Program-made: the position numbers and the translations under genes | Source of the DNA: Carcharhinus longimanus | Lineage: Eukaryota | Length of the DNA: 64,000 nt | Assembly: GCA_030264375.1 (NCBI GenBank) | Contig: JASCQW010000112.1 | Coordinates: 78,001,446 to 78,065,445, forward strand | Direction: 5' to 3' | The notes under the pieces: model-generated | The model's database searches: none | What the model saw: the letters and a program-made list of their open reading frames with translations, nothing else | What the model was told of the DNA's origin: nothing | Part shown: piece after piece, positions 26,001 to 38,206 of the stretch | Layout of the letters: each line of letters opens with the position of its first letter | Numbering within the stretch: position 1 is the first letter of the stretch

Positions 26001-26604
26001 TTTTAAGAAATTAATTCGAATCTGTTGCTATTGACGAGAAGTGTCGCCTTAAAAACGTACATTTGCTCATTTGCAAACCCGTAACAAGCAATGAGCAGTA
26101 TTTCCACTTCAAAAAAGAGAGTTTTACTTGTCATTGTGTGGGGTGAGAATGAGTTGGTGTTAACAGGCGGCCCATGTTTCCTGTGTTGTATTTGCTGTTT
26201 AAACACTAATCGGAAACCTACATCATTTTATCCCACTTTCGTCACTTTGAATATTTTGGTGTTTATTTTAAATTACCAATATCAATCAATTCGTTCATCA
26301 GCTTTGAACGATGAATTTATAAATTGTCAATCTAAATATTTTTTTCTCAAAAATATTCCTAAGTTATTCTGATGTCGTTCTGTGGCTCATAGAAGGTTGG
26401 GGGATTTTTAATGTTTAATCAGTTTCTCCGTTAGTATAAACACTGAATACTATGAAACTGGATATATCATTGGGAATATCCGGTTGCCAACCTCTTGCAG
26501 TGTATTGCAGTTTCTGTGATAATTCTGTTATATTTTATGGTAAGTTACTCGAAATACTTTTTATTCACACAATCAGATTTGCGCCAGTAGTAGGAAAGCT
26601 AGAT

Positions 26605-27610
26605 AGTGTGTGTGAATCTATCTTCTGTGTGTGTATTTACCCCATGTATGCATGTATATGCCCTGTGTGTATCTGCTCCAGGTGTGTTTCTGTATATTTG
26701 CTCTGTGTGTGAGGGCATACCTGCCCCTATGTGCGTATAACTATTCCTGCATGTATTCCTGCCTCTGCATGTTTACAGGTCCGTATCTGCCCCTGTGTGT
26801 GTATCTATCCATATGTGTGTGTCTGTCACTGTGTGTATATGTGTACACCTGTCTGTTTTTATGTGAGTGTGTCCAGTCTAGTATGTGTAGATACTCATGC
26901 GTGTGTATCTGCCCCTCTCTGTGTCTGTCTGCCCCTGTTCCTGTGTGTGTGTGCATGTATGTGTATCTGTCCCTGTGTGGGTGTGTTCTGTCTCTTTGTG
27001 TATGCATTTGTGTGTGTGTCCCTGTATGTGTGTGTTTGTGTGTCTGCCCCCGTGGGTGTGTGTGCATGTATCTGCCCCTGTATATATTTGTGTGTGTCTG
27101 TACCTGTATCTGTGTATCTGTGCCTATGTGTCTGTGTATATCTGCCCCCGTGTGTGTTTGTGTGTGTGTATCTGCCTCTGTGAGCATATGTCTATCCCTG
27201 TGTGTGTGTCTGTCCCTGTGTTTACCTGTATATCTGCTCCTATGTGTGTATGTGTGCCTGTCCCTCTGTGTGTGTTTGTCCCTGGGTGTGTTTGTGTGTT
27301 TATACTTACCTGTATGTGTGTGCATCTGTCCCGGTATGTGTATATTTGCCTTCTCGGTATATATCTGTTCTTGCGTATATCTGCCCATGTGTGTGTGCAG
27401 CTGTGTGTGTATATGTGTGTGTGTGTGCGCGTGTGTATGCCCATCCCTGTGTGTGTGTGTATTTGCCTGTCCCAATGTTTGTGGACTATGTGTGGGTGTG
27501 TAAATGTGTCCCTGGGTGTGTGTGTATGTATCTGTCGCTGTATGTGTATATTTGCCCTCTGTGTGTATATCTGCCCCTGTGTGTGTATATGTCCCTATGT
27601 GTGTGTATGT
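26605..27610. repeat. ~1 kb degenerate GT-rich minisatellite (recurring ATCTGCCCCTGTGTGTGT-like unit)
   Basis: Repeated TATCTG(C/T)CCCTGTGTGT cores separated by (GT)n/(AT)n; explains the long Cys/Val- and His/Thr-rich ORFs here. Confidence 0.9.
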
Positions 27611-30600
27611 TGATATCGTGTGAGTCACTGCAACCTGTCGACTCGACGCTCGGTTTGGACAGCGCTGTTTGAAAGTCCGGATTTTTGCTTTCTTCTGACT
27701 AGCCGACCCAATAGGTTGAGCTAATGCAGAGGGCGTCGTGTGAATGAAGTAGAAAACACTCGACAGGTCGTGAATAATCGTTTTAATGAGTGTGTAAAGC
27801 ATGCGACGGGGTGCAGAGAGCTGTCGGGTTAAACAAACAACTTGTACCCTGATGTAATCCGATTGTTAAAGTGCAAAGTGGTGTCATTCCAGTTTTCCGT
27901 TCCGTTGGTTAAAACCACAGCTCTAACACGCGGGAGTCCAATTGTCCCAATTAAAAAAAATAACAANNNNNNNNNNNNNNNNNNNNNNNNNNNNNNNNNN
28001 NNNNNNNNNNNNNNNNNNNNNNNNNNNNNNNNNNNNNNNNNNNNNNNNNNNNNNNNNNNNNNNNNNAAAAAAAATAACAATATTTTCTTAACTTGAGTGT
28101 GATCTTGTTTAATGTTAGTCTGGTTTAGTCAAGCATCAAGTCAGACAAAAAGGTGATTTGTGATCGCGCTACGGTTCTTTAATCAAAGTCCAAGTTAATA
28201 CATCATGTATTTACAATCCGCAGACGGCAAGAAATTAATACTTCGCTGAAAATAATTCGTATATATGTTTTAGCAAAAAAACAGTGAATGAGGATGATAC
28301 AGTTCAGGTGTTCCAGTGTCGAGGAAGTGCTTTGATTACAGGATTTGATGATTTAGACAGAGTACACAGTGAGTTGCATTTTCACGCGTACTCTGATTAC
28401 AAAAACGGGACTAATAGATGCCACACACAAATCGGTTAAAACATCTTCCAATGTCACACAATCACGAGTTCCCAAAATGCTGGCCCACGTGTGAAACCAT
28501 CTCAGATTTAGGAAGATTGTGTTCACGTGTACAGTTCCAAGTGTACACCGTGAAGCAGATCATTGCACTTTTCATACAATGGGTTCGAAATAAAGACTTA
28601 GTTTCAATTAATTAGGGCGATGTAGTATCCAAACACAAGAAAGCGAGCGGCGCACCGAAGCAAATGCCTTTGCACGGGTTTCTCACATCTTGTGTTGATT
28701 GTAACAATGATTTGGAACCGATTGGGTCACTTCCAGACATGAGTTGCAGAGAAACAGGCCTCCCGTTCCGACATCCTTGGAACGACAATTTGGGAAAAAT
28801 GCGTCCTGTGTGGAGAAAAGCGAAGTATTTCTAAATAATGTCACAACCTGCTGGCAACTTAGTGTTAAGATAGATAATTGTCTTACCAATACTGACAGCT
28901 AACATTACTACCTGACGGGGTTGGAAGAGAATTTTAGTTTAAAGCCTCAATATTAAAATATCAAGACTATTGATTACTCAACAATATTCTTCCTGTGGCA
29001 GTCTGCACGCGTGTATGTTCTTGCATCTCCATTAATTGCTATTAATTATTTTTATTTTGACATACATAATTCAAAAATAATACAAATATAATATTGCCTC
29101 GTAAACAGTTCAGGCAGAGTTACAGTAATTATACGGTGGAATAGGAAATTGAAGATATGCAGGATATAGACAATAAGTGTTGTACAATTGGTCTGTCCCC
29201 TGTTTCCCAAAGAAGATCCGAGTAAAGTAAAATAATTGTAAGTGTTGATATTCCGGAATTGTTTTAGTTCATGCAGCAACATTACAGGGAATTGTTGTGT
29301 ACCTACAGGAGCCAAATAACCCTAATAATCTGTAAAATAAACCCCCAAATTGCTTTTTATTCTAGCTGTTTGTTTTCTCTGCTTTGCTGTGTAAGTAAAA
29401 TGCACTAACATATGTTTACGTCAATACAGCTGCGCTATAAGAAACGTTTGTCTTGCTGCAGTGAAAACAGGCTACAGAAACACAAACATTTCCAACGTCA
29501 GACGCAGGCGGTGACAATTCTTAACACGTCAACAGTAACCCGCCAGTTTCGGAGGCAAGGGGGATCTGCCAGAGTTTGCTATCACTTATCCATTTGTCCA
29601 AACGTTGTGTAATTTAAAAGTCGATATCCAACGTAATGTTTAGAATTTGGTTCACGCGTGCTTGCAGCATTGGGGCAGGCGGGTGCTCAGATCACGGCAG
29701 CACTGATATACTTCTCAAATTACTATCAAAACTCCCTTTACGACCAAATCAATTCATTACTTACAATTTAATCATTTGCAAATAACGCCCCATTAAGTGC
29801 AACTTTAAGAATTTCACTTTCTTGTCGGTGGATTTATGTATTATTTATATATATATATATAAAAGTATTGAATCACATGTCAGCCTGTTACAAGGGAAGG
29901 AAGGTTGCCTTGGCTTGTTTGCGATGGTCTCCAGTCTGCAGTCAGCCACCCTGGAGACGGGAGGCGGCAGCCGAGATCCGCCGCCAGTTTGAACATAACA
30001 TTGGTTCGCTTCCTCCGGTACTCGGAGTAAACGGATCCAGGGGACCCGGGTTTAAGATAATATCATTCGAAGGCGTTGCCCCTAAATCAGAACGATACTG
30101 AATTCCTCAGCGACTCTCCCCTCCAGCATCACTAAAGCTGGGGGGNNNNNNNNNNNNNNNNNNNNNNNNNNNNNNNNNNNNNNNNNNNNNNNNNNNNNNN
30201 NNNNNNNNNNNNNNNNNNNNNNNNNNNNNNNNNNNNNNNNNNNNNCCATGCCCCCCCCCTCCCCCCCTGGTACTCACACAGGTGCTCAAAGGACAAGGGG
30301 CTCTCGCTTGTCGAGTAACTCCCCAACGATAGAACCGACTGTCCCACCAGGTGTCATAGAAACCGAGTGTAGGCAGCCAGAAATATTGCGCCGAGGAAGA
30401 AGGGTGAATGTGATGAATGAAATCCCGGTCACAGTCCACAGAGACAATCCCTGGCATAAAGTGCTCTTTTGTACAATAAAAACACAGCTCGGCGCCGGAG
30501 CGGCCTGTACTCGGTAAATAGCAAGTTCTCTGCCGGGCTTGGAATTGCTATTGTTAAACACGCTAATGCCACAGTGTGTAATGCAAAGGCGAAAGGGCAA

Positions 30601-33600
30601 AAGCATTCTTGAGATTGAGTTTCTTTAAGTATTCCCTCCCGAAACAGTTCACTAGTTTTCGGAAAGTACTGTATTCAGAGGAAACATTCTAAAATTGACA
30701 AAAGCAGATGTTTTGCTGCTTCCTTGGACACACTGCGCGTTCATTCGGCACAAAACAACAGAAAAACATTGGGGTGAAAAATCAATTTTTCAGATTATGT
30801 CGGTGATAGGTGTCTCGCCGCATTTCATATGTTGAAACTTTGTAATATCAAACATTAGCAGCATAGGTGACCAGTTCTGGAAAAAAAATCCATTGAAATG
30901 ATCAGAAAATTACCCTGAAATTGTCACATCTGAATCGTATACATTCGCACCATGAATATACGGATCATTGCGATTTTTTGCACGTTTCCCCGATGGAAAG
31001 ATGGGCATTTATTTTATTTTTCATTTCCAGTCATTGTGGGTTTCAGATTTTTAATGACAATCTATTTCCCACTCCTCCTGTAGCCATAATCTGCTTATCT
31101 TCATAGGCTGCTTACAACTTTGCCTAACAGTTGAACGAACACATTTTGCATTAACCGTACTTTATTTCGGATTTAATAAAACAGCAAATTTCCTGATAAA
31201 ATATGCAATGCATCACCATTTAAGTTTGCTGCAATGAATCTTGCATTGTTCAGGCGTTTCACCATTCCATCCAGACTGTTCTGCTGCTTCGTTTAGAACA
31301 AGTGAAATGTAGCAATCTAAATCATTGTAACTGATAAATCACTGAATATTGTATAATGATAAACTCCGTGATAATCTGATAAATATCACATTTATTATCG
31401 GCGATTGAAATGATTTAATTCTCTTTCGAGATACCACGGCTTCTGCTCAAATAATAATAATCAGAAGTGACAATTCTTGTTGGCACTTTACACAGACGCA
31501 TCTTAATCAAAATACCATGTTGTAAAATATTTTAGATTTGGCGTAGGTTGTGCCGTTACCCTTTGCATCATTCTGCTGTCTGTGAAGTGATGGGGATCAT
31601 TTACATCCTTCTCTGTTATGTTAAAAACACGGGTTTATAGAAATACTGCAACTTTTTGGTCCAAATTATGTTACAGGGCGGCTCTTTGACCAAACATTTC
31701 TCAAACTGGATGTCACACCAGCCAGATTGTAATTTCTAATCATTTCTCAGCTGATTTTGGACATTTGGTTGAAGCCAAAATGAGACCTTTACCATTTCGG
31801 TATATTTAGGTTAACAGATTTAGCCAACAGCTCAATCCTTTCAAACACAAACATGATGAAGCCAACGCTTGAGCACATTTCATTTAGCAGCCCTCAGATT
31901 TATAACTTTGTTGATCAAAACACAATGTTGGTCTTTAGCTTTGACATTAACTTGTCCTGATAGTCCTGAATGAACGAGCAAAGTGTAACGTGCGGGTCTC
32001 TCACTCGGTTTGCCACGAAAGACGCGATCCAGATCCTGAACCGTTCATGTTGCCATTCACATAAACACCCAATAAATTATAAAATACGTCACCTTGGTGG
32101 AAAACATATTCACCACTCTGAAGCGGTAAGCCATACTTTCAAGGGATATTTTTAATCTGATTCTTCAAACGTTACCATCATAAGCACGCCATTTATTTTA
32201 TGTACTTGTGGAAATTGCACGTTCCCCTTTAAGAACCAAAGTGACAAGACCAAAACCTCTTTAATGTTTTAACTTAAATAAACCTAAAGCCAAGCTTTCG
32301 TACAATATACCGGGTGCGGGAATGTTACATTCGGTGAATATCAATGTTTACAATCATCACTGCTTCTTGAATTTAAAATATATTTTTAAGTTATGAGGAA
32401 TTTTCTTCAATAACAAACAGGACACCCCATACATGTACTAACAGACATTGATGTTAACACAGTTAAGTGGATAAAACAATAACAGAGCAATTTCTGAAGT
32501 CTCATTATTAACTACACTGTTAACAAGCAATTGGATAAATATAAGGTAATTTTGTATTAAAAATGTGAAAATATTTGACGAATGTTTATTGTAGAAATTG
32601 GATCCATTTGTTTTTCTTTATTTTCTTAGTCACTTAAGGTAGCAGGCATAAGTTTGACCAAGATAACAGGGGCCTTACAATTTGGAAATGATGAAAGCTT
32701 GATCTAACTGCACCCTCTAGTCAGAGTAGAAGATAAAAGCTGATCCTATCGAAGCCTTTTAAAAACAAAAAGTTTCTTCGATAACATTAAATAATGCTTT
32801 CACATTTGATAGGATTTAGAATCTCTTATTTTGTATACTAAATATTGGGGTGATTTAGATTAATTTGTTTCATTTATCTCTGGATGTTGGGTCTAATAAA
32901 GCGAAGGCAGATGGGGTGAATCATCCCCACAATGTGGTGCTTCTTAAGGACTCTAGCTGAAACAAGTTTGTGCTGCATTAACCCAGTTTTCATTGGATAT
33001 GGGTGTCAGCAAAAAAAAATCTGTCTGTAATTTGGCAGCTATTGCAGCTGATTGGGTAGTCTCACTCAGATAGACCACAATGCTGACTTGATGTGTAGTA
33101 AATGGAAATATCAGGGCATGATCTTTTAGTTAGGGCATGAAATGCTTGGAATAACACACAGAACACACAACACTGCCTATTCCAGCAAATATCAGATATC
33201 CAGCAATATGCTTGTCCTGTTTTTTAGTTTAAAAAATCAGTAGTTTACAGGTTAACAAACTAAGAGAAATTAGTAAATATCTCATCATACAAATGTGAGG
33301 TAATTACCAGATAAGTTGACATTTACTTATTTAATATTTTTGTTCATTATTAAATGTGTTTATCTAATTCAGAATACTCTGTATTACCAAAGCTGAAATA
33401 TTAAAATCAATTTATTTAAATGACAATAAAAAGCAGTTTTAATATGTTCATAAAAATAAAACATTTTCTGAGCACCAGAAAGATGTTTTTGGTAACATTA
33501 GTAATGTGCCTCCCATGCATTCCATATTAAAATAAGGTGGGTGCATTCATTTTCTTCCAATATTAACCAAGTTAAGATTTATATTTTGATTTCTGATAGC

Positions 33601-34858
33601 AACAAAATAATTTTCCACATTGTAAAATATATTAAAATATAAGTATCAAAGTGGTCTTTCTTTATACAATAATATTTCAAAAGTAGACAATGTTTATTTG
33701 ATTAATGCAAAACATTCTATATTCACACCTGTACATGACAATTATCATTGAGGAGTAATTGAGATATCTATTGAAGACATAGTATGCAGTTTGTACAATA
33801 GTGTGAATTTGGGGGAATGCATGAATATATGAAAATAAAGAACAGGAAGAGAATCAACTGGACATTTAATTTTGTAATGGTTAGTTTCATTTTTGATCAA
33901 GTCACATGTTTGCTTCTTTTACCATTTGATTGCTCAGCCACCAAGCAACAACCAATTCCTAAACAGAATAACATATTATAAAAAGCCAATATCAGTTTCA
34001 AAAGCAACACTACATGTGCTAATTCAGGCACTGTACACTCCAGTGTCTGCTAATTACTTATGCAAGAATGTGCAGACATCACTGAAGAATAGGGGACGTG
34101 GAGTTAGTTAAAACCAACAATTACCTCATACTTTAATTAACAATTTGTTCTTTTTTTCTAGCACCATGCCTTTGCATTCATCTTGCAAAACAATACACTG
34201 GATCTGTATTTACTAAAAAATATACAGTCATGTTCGCCTTGATTTGTGAATAAAGTGTGAGATCTCACAGCCTAAGCTTTTATTGTGATTTATTAACATT
34301 TAGTCAGTGTGTGATTAATTCAGAACATGCACACATTCAAGGCTATGCATTTGCACAAAAAACACATTTACTACAGAAACAGACTAAATTTGCTCATTCA
34401 GATAGTACAATATTAGAATGTCTGAACTGACTAATGTTATGTCCATTTGTCTCTCATCAGCTGCACTGTAAGTACTTCAGGTACTGCTGAGTAAATGCAA
34501 ACAAACCACTCACATTGAGAAGGGTATTAGTAAATTAATCCAGCGCCAATGTGTATGTATTAGAAATCAGAAAGTGGCATTCTGTGCATTTTATGGGCTA
34601 AGTTACATTGTTACTTTTCTTGTCAGTTTATACTGAGGCTTTCTAGCACAAATTAATACAGAAAGCATCCACTAAGGTTCGGGTCCTAGGTGGGGAAAGG
34701 GTGCATTCTTCCTGTGCATTGTTTGTTATTTCTGTACACCACATGTCAGCAACTTACACTTTAATATAGTTCCTTTAACACAATAGAATACCTAAAGGCG
34801 CTTCATCAATATCTTGGTAAGCTTTCACCAATTTCATTCCAAAACAATTAGGAAGTAT

Positions 34859-35025
34859 TCATAGAATCATAGAAACTCTACAGTGAAGAAGGAAGCCATT
34901 TGGCCCATTGAGCCTGCACCAACAACAATCCCACCCAGGCCCTGTTCCCTGTTACCCCACACACTTACCCCAATAATCTCCCTGACACTAAGGGGCAATT
35001 TCACAAGGTCAATCACCTAACTCCC
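34859..35025 (-). mobile_element. 5'-truncated HE1/V-type SINE
   Basis: TCATAGAATCATAGAA tail, CATTTGGCCCATTGAGCCTGCACC, GACACTAAGGGGCAATTT; same family as 47546-47862. Confidence 0.8.
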
Positions 35026-36736
35026 CACACACCTATTCCAAAAGAACAATCCAGAAGTAGCACTCTTTATTAAATTCCACCTCCTTTCTTAATACCCATT
35101 TGATTGGGTCATCACAGGAAAGCACCCACTGAGCAAGAATATACTAATTGACATCAATCCCGTGGCAGATTGTTCACGAGCACGTGGAATTGATTCCAAT
35201 ACATTGATAGCACAATGTCTTTCTGCTTTTATCTATTGGACTTTGGGAGAATTGGGGTCGATTAGAGTTGTCCATGTTATTTCTGAAAGTTTGTACAAGT
35301 TCAAAAAGCTATATTTGATTTACGCCATGTCCAGTGTATGGTTTATATGTAATTGTTTGAAAACTGAAGTTTCAGTTATTCTAATGGTAAACAAAAGAAT
35401 GATATTGATGATTTAAGATCTTCTAATGTCACTGAAACAAAGCGTATTTGATTGAAATTTATAAGAAAATTCAAATGAGCAACAGTATTTGGAATGTTTA
35501 CATTTCTGAAAAGACTTTATTAATTGCTTATTGCTCTGTGATTATTATTTGGGATAATTATTGCATGTGAAAAATATATCAACCAAAACTCCTTCAGCAC
35601 TTCATCTCTGCTAAGTAACAGTGAATAAGTCCATGTTTGTTTATGTCAATGCTGTTAGCTTTATGCTTCATGAAAATACATGCTTATGGTTGACACTTAT
35701 GTATAATACTGCCTCTATTTTAATGCCAAGCTGGTGGGTTGATGCCGCAGTGGCACTGTAATGATACTGTTGGAGCTTTAAAACAGTTGGATTTTACTTT
35801 TGATTTCTAGCAAAAGTAACAGTGAAGGGCTAAAGACATTGATATTCTAAAGATAATTTCCCTGCTGTCTATGTGTNNNNNNNNNNNNNNNNNNNNNNNN
35901 NNNNNNNNNNNNNNNNNNNNNNNNNNNNNNNNNNNNNNNNNNNNNNNNNNNNNNNNNNNNNNNNNNNNNNNNNNNNTGTGTGGTGCAGAGTATGGTAGAA
36001 ACACCTTTGTGGGAGAAACTAAGTACAGCATTTTCCAGTTCTATCGGTGATGGGTTTCATGGTGGGCAGGAGCAGAAAATCTGAAGAGAAGCCAAAATCA
36101 GAATCCTGTCAGAATTTCCCCTCACCACTTTGGTAGTGGGTCAGATTTCCCACTGATCCATGTTGGGAATGCCATTAACAAGTGGTGAGTACTCATTAAA
36201 AATGCTACTCACTGGAATTACAGCCCCCCTCCCTGTGTCATGCCCATGAGAAATTAAACCAGTCCAAATCAGCAGATAGACTATCTGCCCTCATTATGTT
36301 TGTGGCTTTGAGGTGAGTGCAATGTTGAAAGCCTACCTGCAGTAGTGCCTTTCCATTTACTCAGCCATTCCAGGCTGGTGTGGGCATTGGGTTGGTCTGT
36401 TTACAATGGGTGCCCCCATACTCAGGGAGGACATTGTGTGCTACAGACCTCAGACAGGGCTGCACCTGGAAACAGAGGCCAGCATTGTGAGTGGAATAAC
36501 AGACACATGAGCGACATGGTGGGATTGAGAACAGTGGATAATAGGATGCAGTTGGAAGACTGAGGGTGGAGAAGACTGGAATGCAGATATGGAAGAGGCT
36601 GGATGGGATTCCAAATGAGATGGAATGGATGCAGACTTCAGAATGGGGGGAGTGATGCGGGGGATACATTAATGTTAGTGTGGCACAGGAGGGATGGGTT
36701 GTACAGAAACTAATAGTGGGGGAGTGGAAGGAGAGT

Positions 36737-36980
36737 GAATCATAGAATCCCTACAGTACAGAAGGAGGCCAGTCGGCCCATCAAGTTTGTACTGACCACA
36801 ATCCTATCCAGGCCCTGTTCCCGCAACCCTCATTTACCTTGCTAATTCCCCCGACACCAAGGATCAAGTTAGCATGGTCAATCAACCTATCCCACACATC
36901 TTCGGACTGTGGGAAGAAACTGGAGCATCCAGAGGAAACCCATGCAGACACGGGGAGAATGTGAAACCTCCGCACAGACA
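36737..36980 (-). mobile_element. HE1/V-type SINE, truncated by gap
   Basis: Tail plus core GGACTGTGGGAAGAAACTGGAGCATCCAGAGGAAACCCATGCAGACACGGGGAGAATGTGAAACCTCCGCACAGACA. Confidence 0.85.
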
Positions 36981-37634
36981 NNNNNNNNNNNNNNNNNNNN
37001 NNNNNNNNNNNNNNNNNNNNNNNNNNNNNNNNNNNNNNNNNNNNNNNNNNNNNNNNNNNNNNNNNNNNNNNNNNNNNNNNCTCCGCCCACCCTGATACAC
37101 ACACACACACCCACACACACCACACACACCCCCAAAATTGGTCCTCTGATATCCCCCCCACCCTTCCTCTGTCCAGAATAATGGCCTCGAGACATTTGAT
37201 TACATTGGCCGGAATCACACTGGGCTGCTAACATGGGAACTGGAGTGGGCAAGGGATGGAGCATGGGAAGATCCATTGATCTCAGGTGCAATTTTACAGT
37301 TTCCAGATGAGCAAGGCCATAAGATGCAACCCATAAAGTCCCATTATTAGCGTCTTTGCCATTTGTGAATTTGCTTATTCACACAAAGTATTACAAACAC
37401 CATTTAGTGGATTTACGGTGTAAATGTTCTCTTATCCTTCATTTTCAGAGGAGAGATCCACAAGAAAAGTTAGAGGAAATGTCACAAAATACAGAAAACG
37501 CATAAATGAATATTAAAATATACAATACTTAGGTGTCCATGATGCATTTGCTGAGCTATAAGGTACACACTGCATGTGTGTCATTAACCATGTTGCTTAC
37601 GAGAGTTTTTGCATGTGGGTATTCATAGTTCAAA

Positions 37635-37939
37635 GGGGTGGCATGGTGGAAATGTGGTTAGCACTGCTGCCTCACAGCACCAAGGACCCAGGTTTGATCC
37701 CCAGCTTGGGTCACTGTCTGTGTGGAGTTTGCACATTCTCCTTGTGTCTGTGTAGGTTTCCTCCAGGCGCTCTGCTTTCCTCACACAGTCCAAAAGACGT
37801 TCTGGTTAGGGGCAATGGCCATGCTCAATTCTCCCTCAGTGTACCCAAACAGGTGCCAGACTGTGGCGACTAGGGGATTTTCACAATAAGTTCATTGCTG
37901 TGTTAATGTAAATCATTTGTGACTATTAAATAAACTTTA
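37635..37939 (+). mobile_element. Near full-length tRNA-derived V-type SINE with an alternative 3' tail
   Basis: tRNA-like head (TGGTGG..GTGGTTAGCACTGCTGCCTCACAGC, B-box-like GGTTTGATCCC), core TGTGTGGAGTTTGCACATTCTCC..GGTTTCCTCC, tail GGGGATTTTCAC..GTGTTAATGTAA..AATAAACTTTA. Confidence 0.85.
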
Positions 37940-38113
37940 GTTGTTATGATTTCTTTTGTGTCTACAGTATAGTACCTAGGCAACCTTTACATCATTATTA
38001 TTGGAAAATTATGAATCTGAATTAAATGGTAAACACCTTGGAAAAATTGTGACATGAAAATATGTCAACATTAGGAAAACTGGAAAACTGGAAAACAGTG
38101 CCAGTGTTACCAC

Positions 38114-38206
38114 AAGAGAAAATGCTGGAAAATCTCAGCAAGTCTGGCAGCATCTGTAAGGTGAGAAAAGTGCTGATGTTTCGAGTCCAGTTGACCCTTT
38201 GTCAAC
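38114..38206 (-). mobile_element. Penelope-like element terminal fragment with decayed hammerhead motif
   Basis: Reverse complement TTGACAAAGGGTCAACTGGACTCGAAACATCAGCACTTTTCTCACCTTACAGATGCTGCCAGACTTGCTGAGATTTTCCAGCATTTT; second copy at 49722-49818. Confidence 0.55.

Noticed and set aside
26631-27802. Long Cys/Val-rich and His/Thr-rich ORFs (up to 353 aa)
   Set aside because: Artefacts of the GT-rich minisatellite; open in several frames on both strands.
37635-37710. tRNA gene
   Set aside because: It is the tRNA-derived head of a SINE, continuous with the SINE core and tail.
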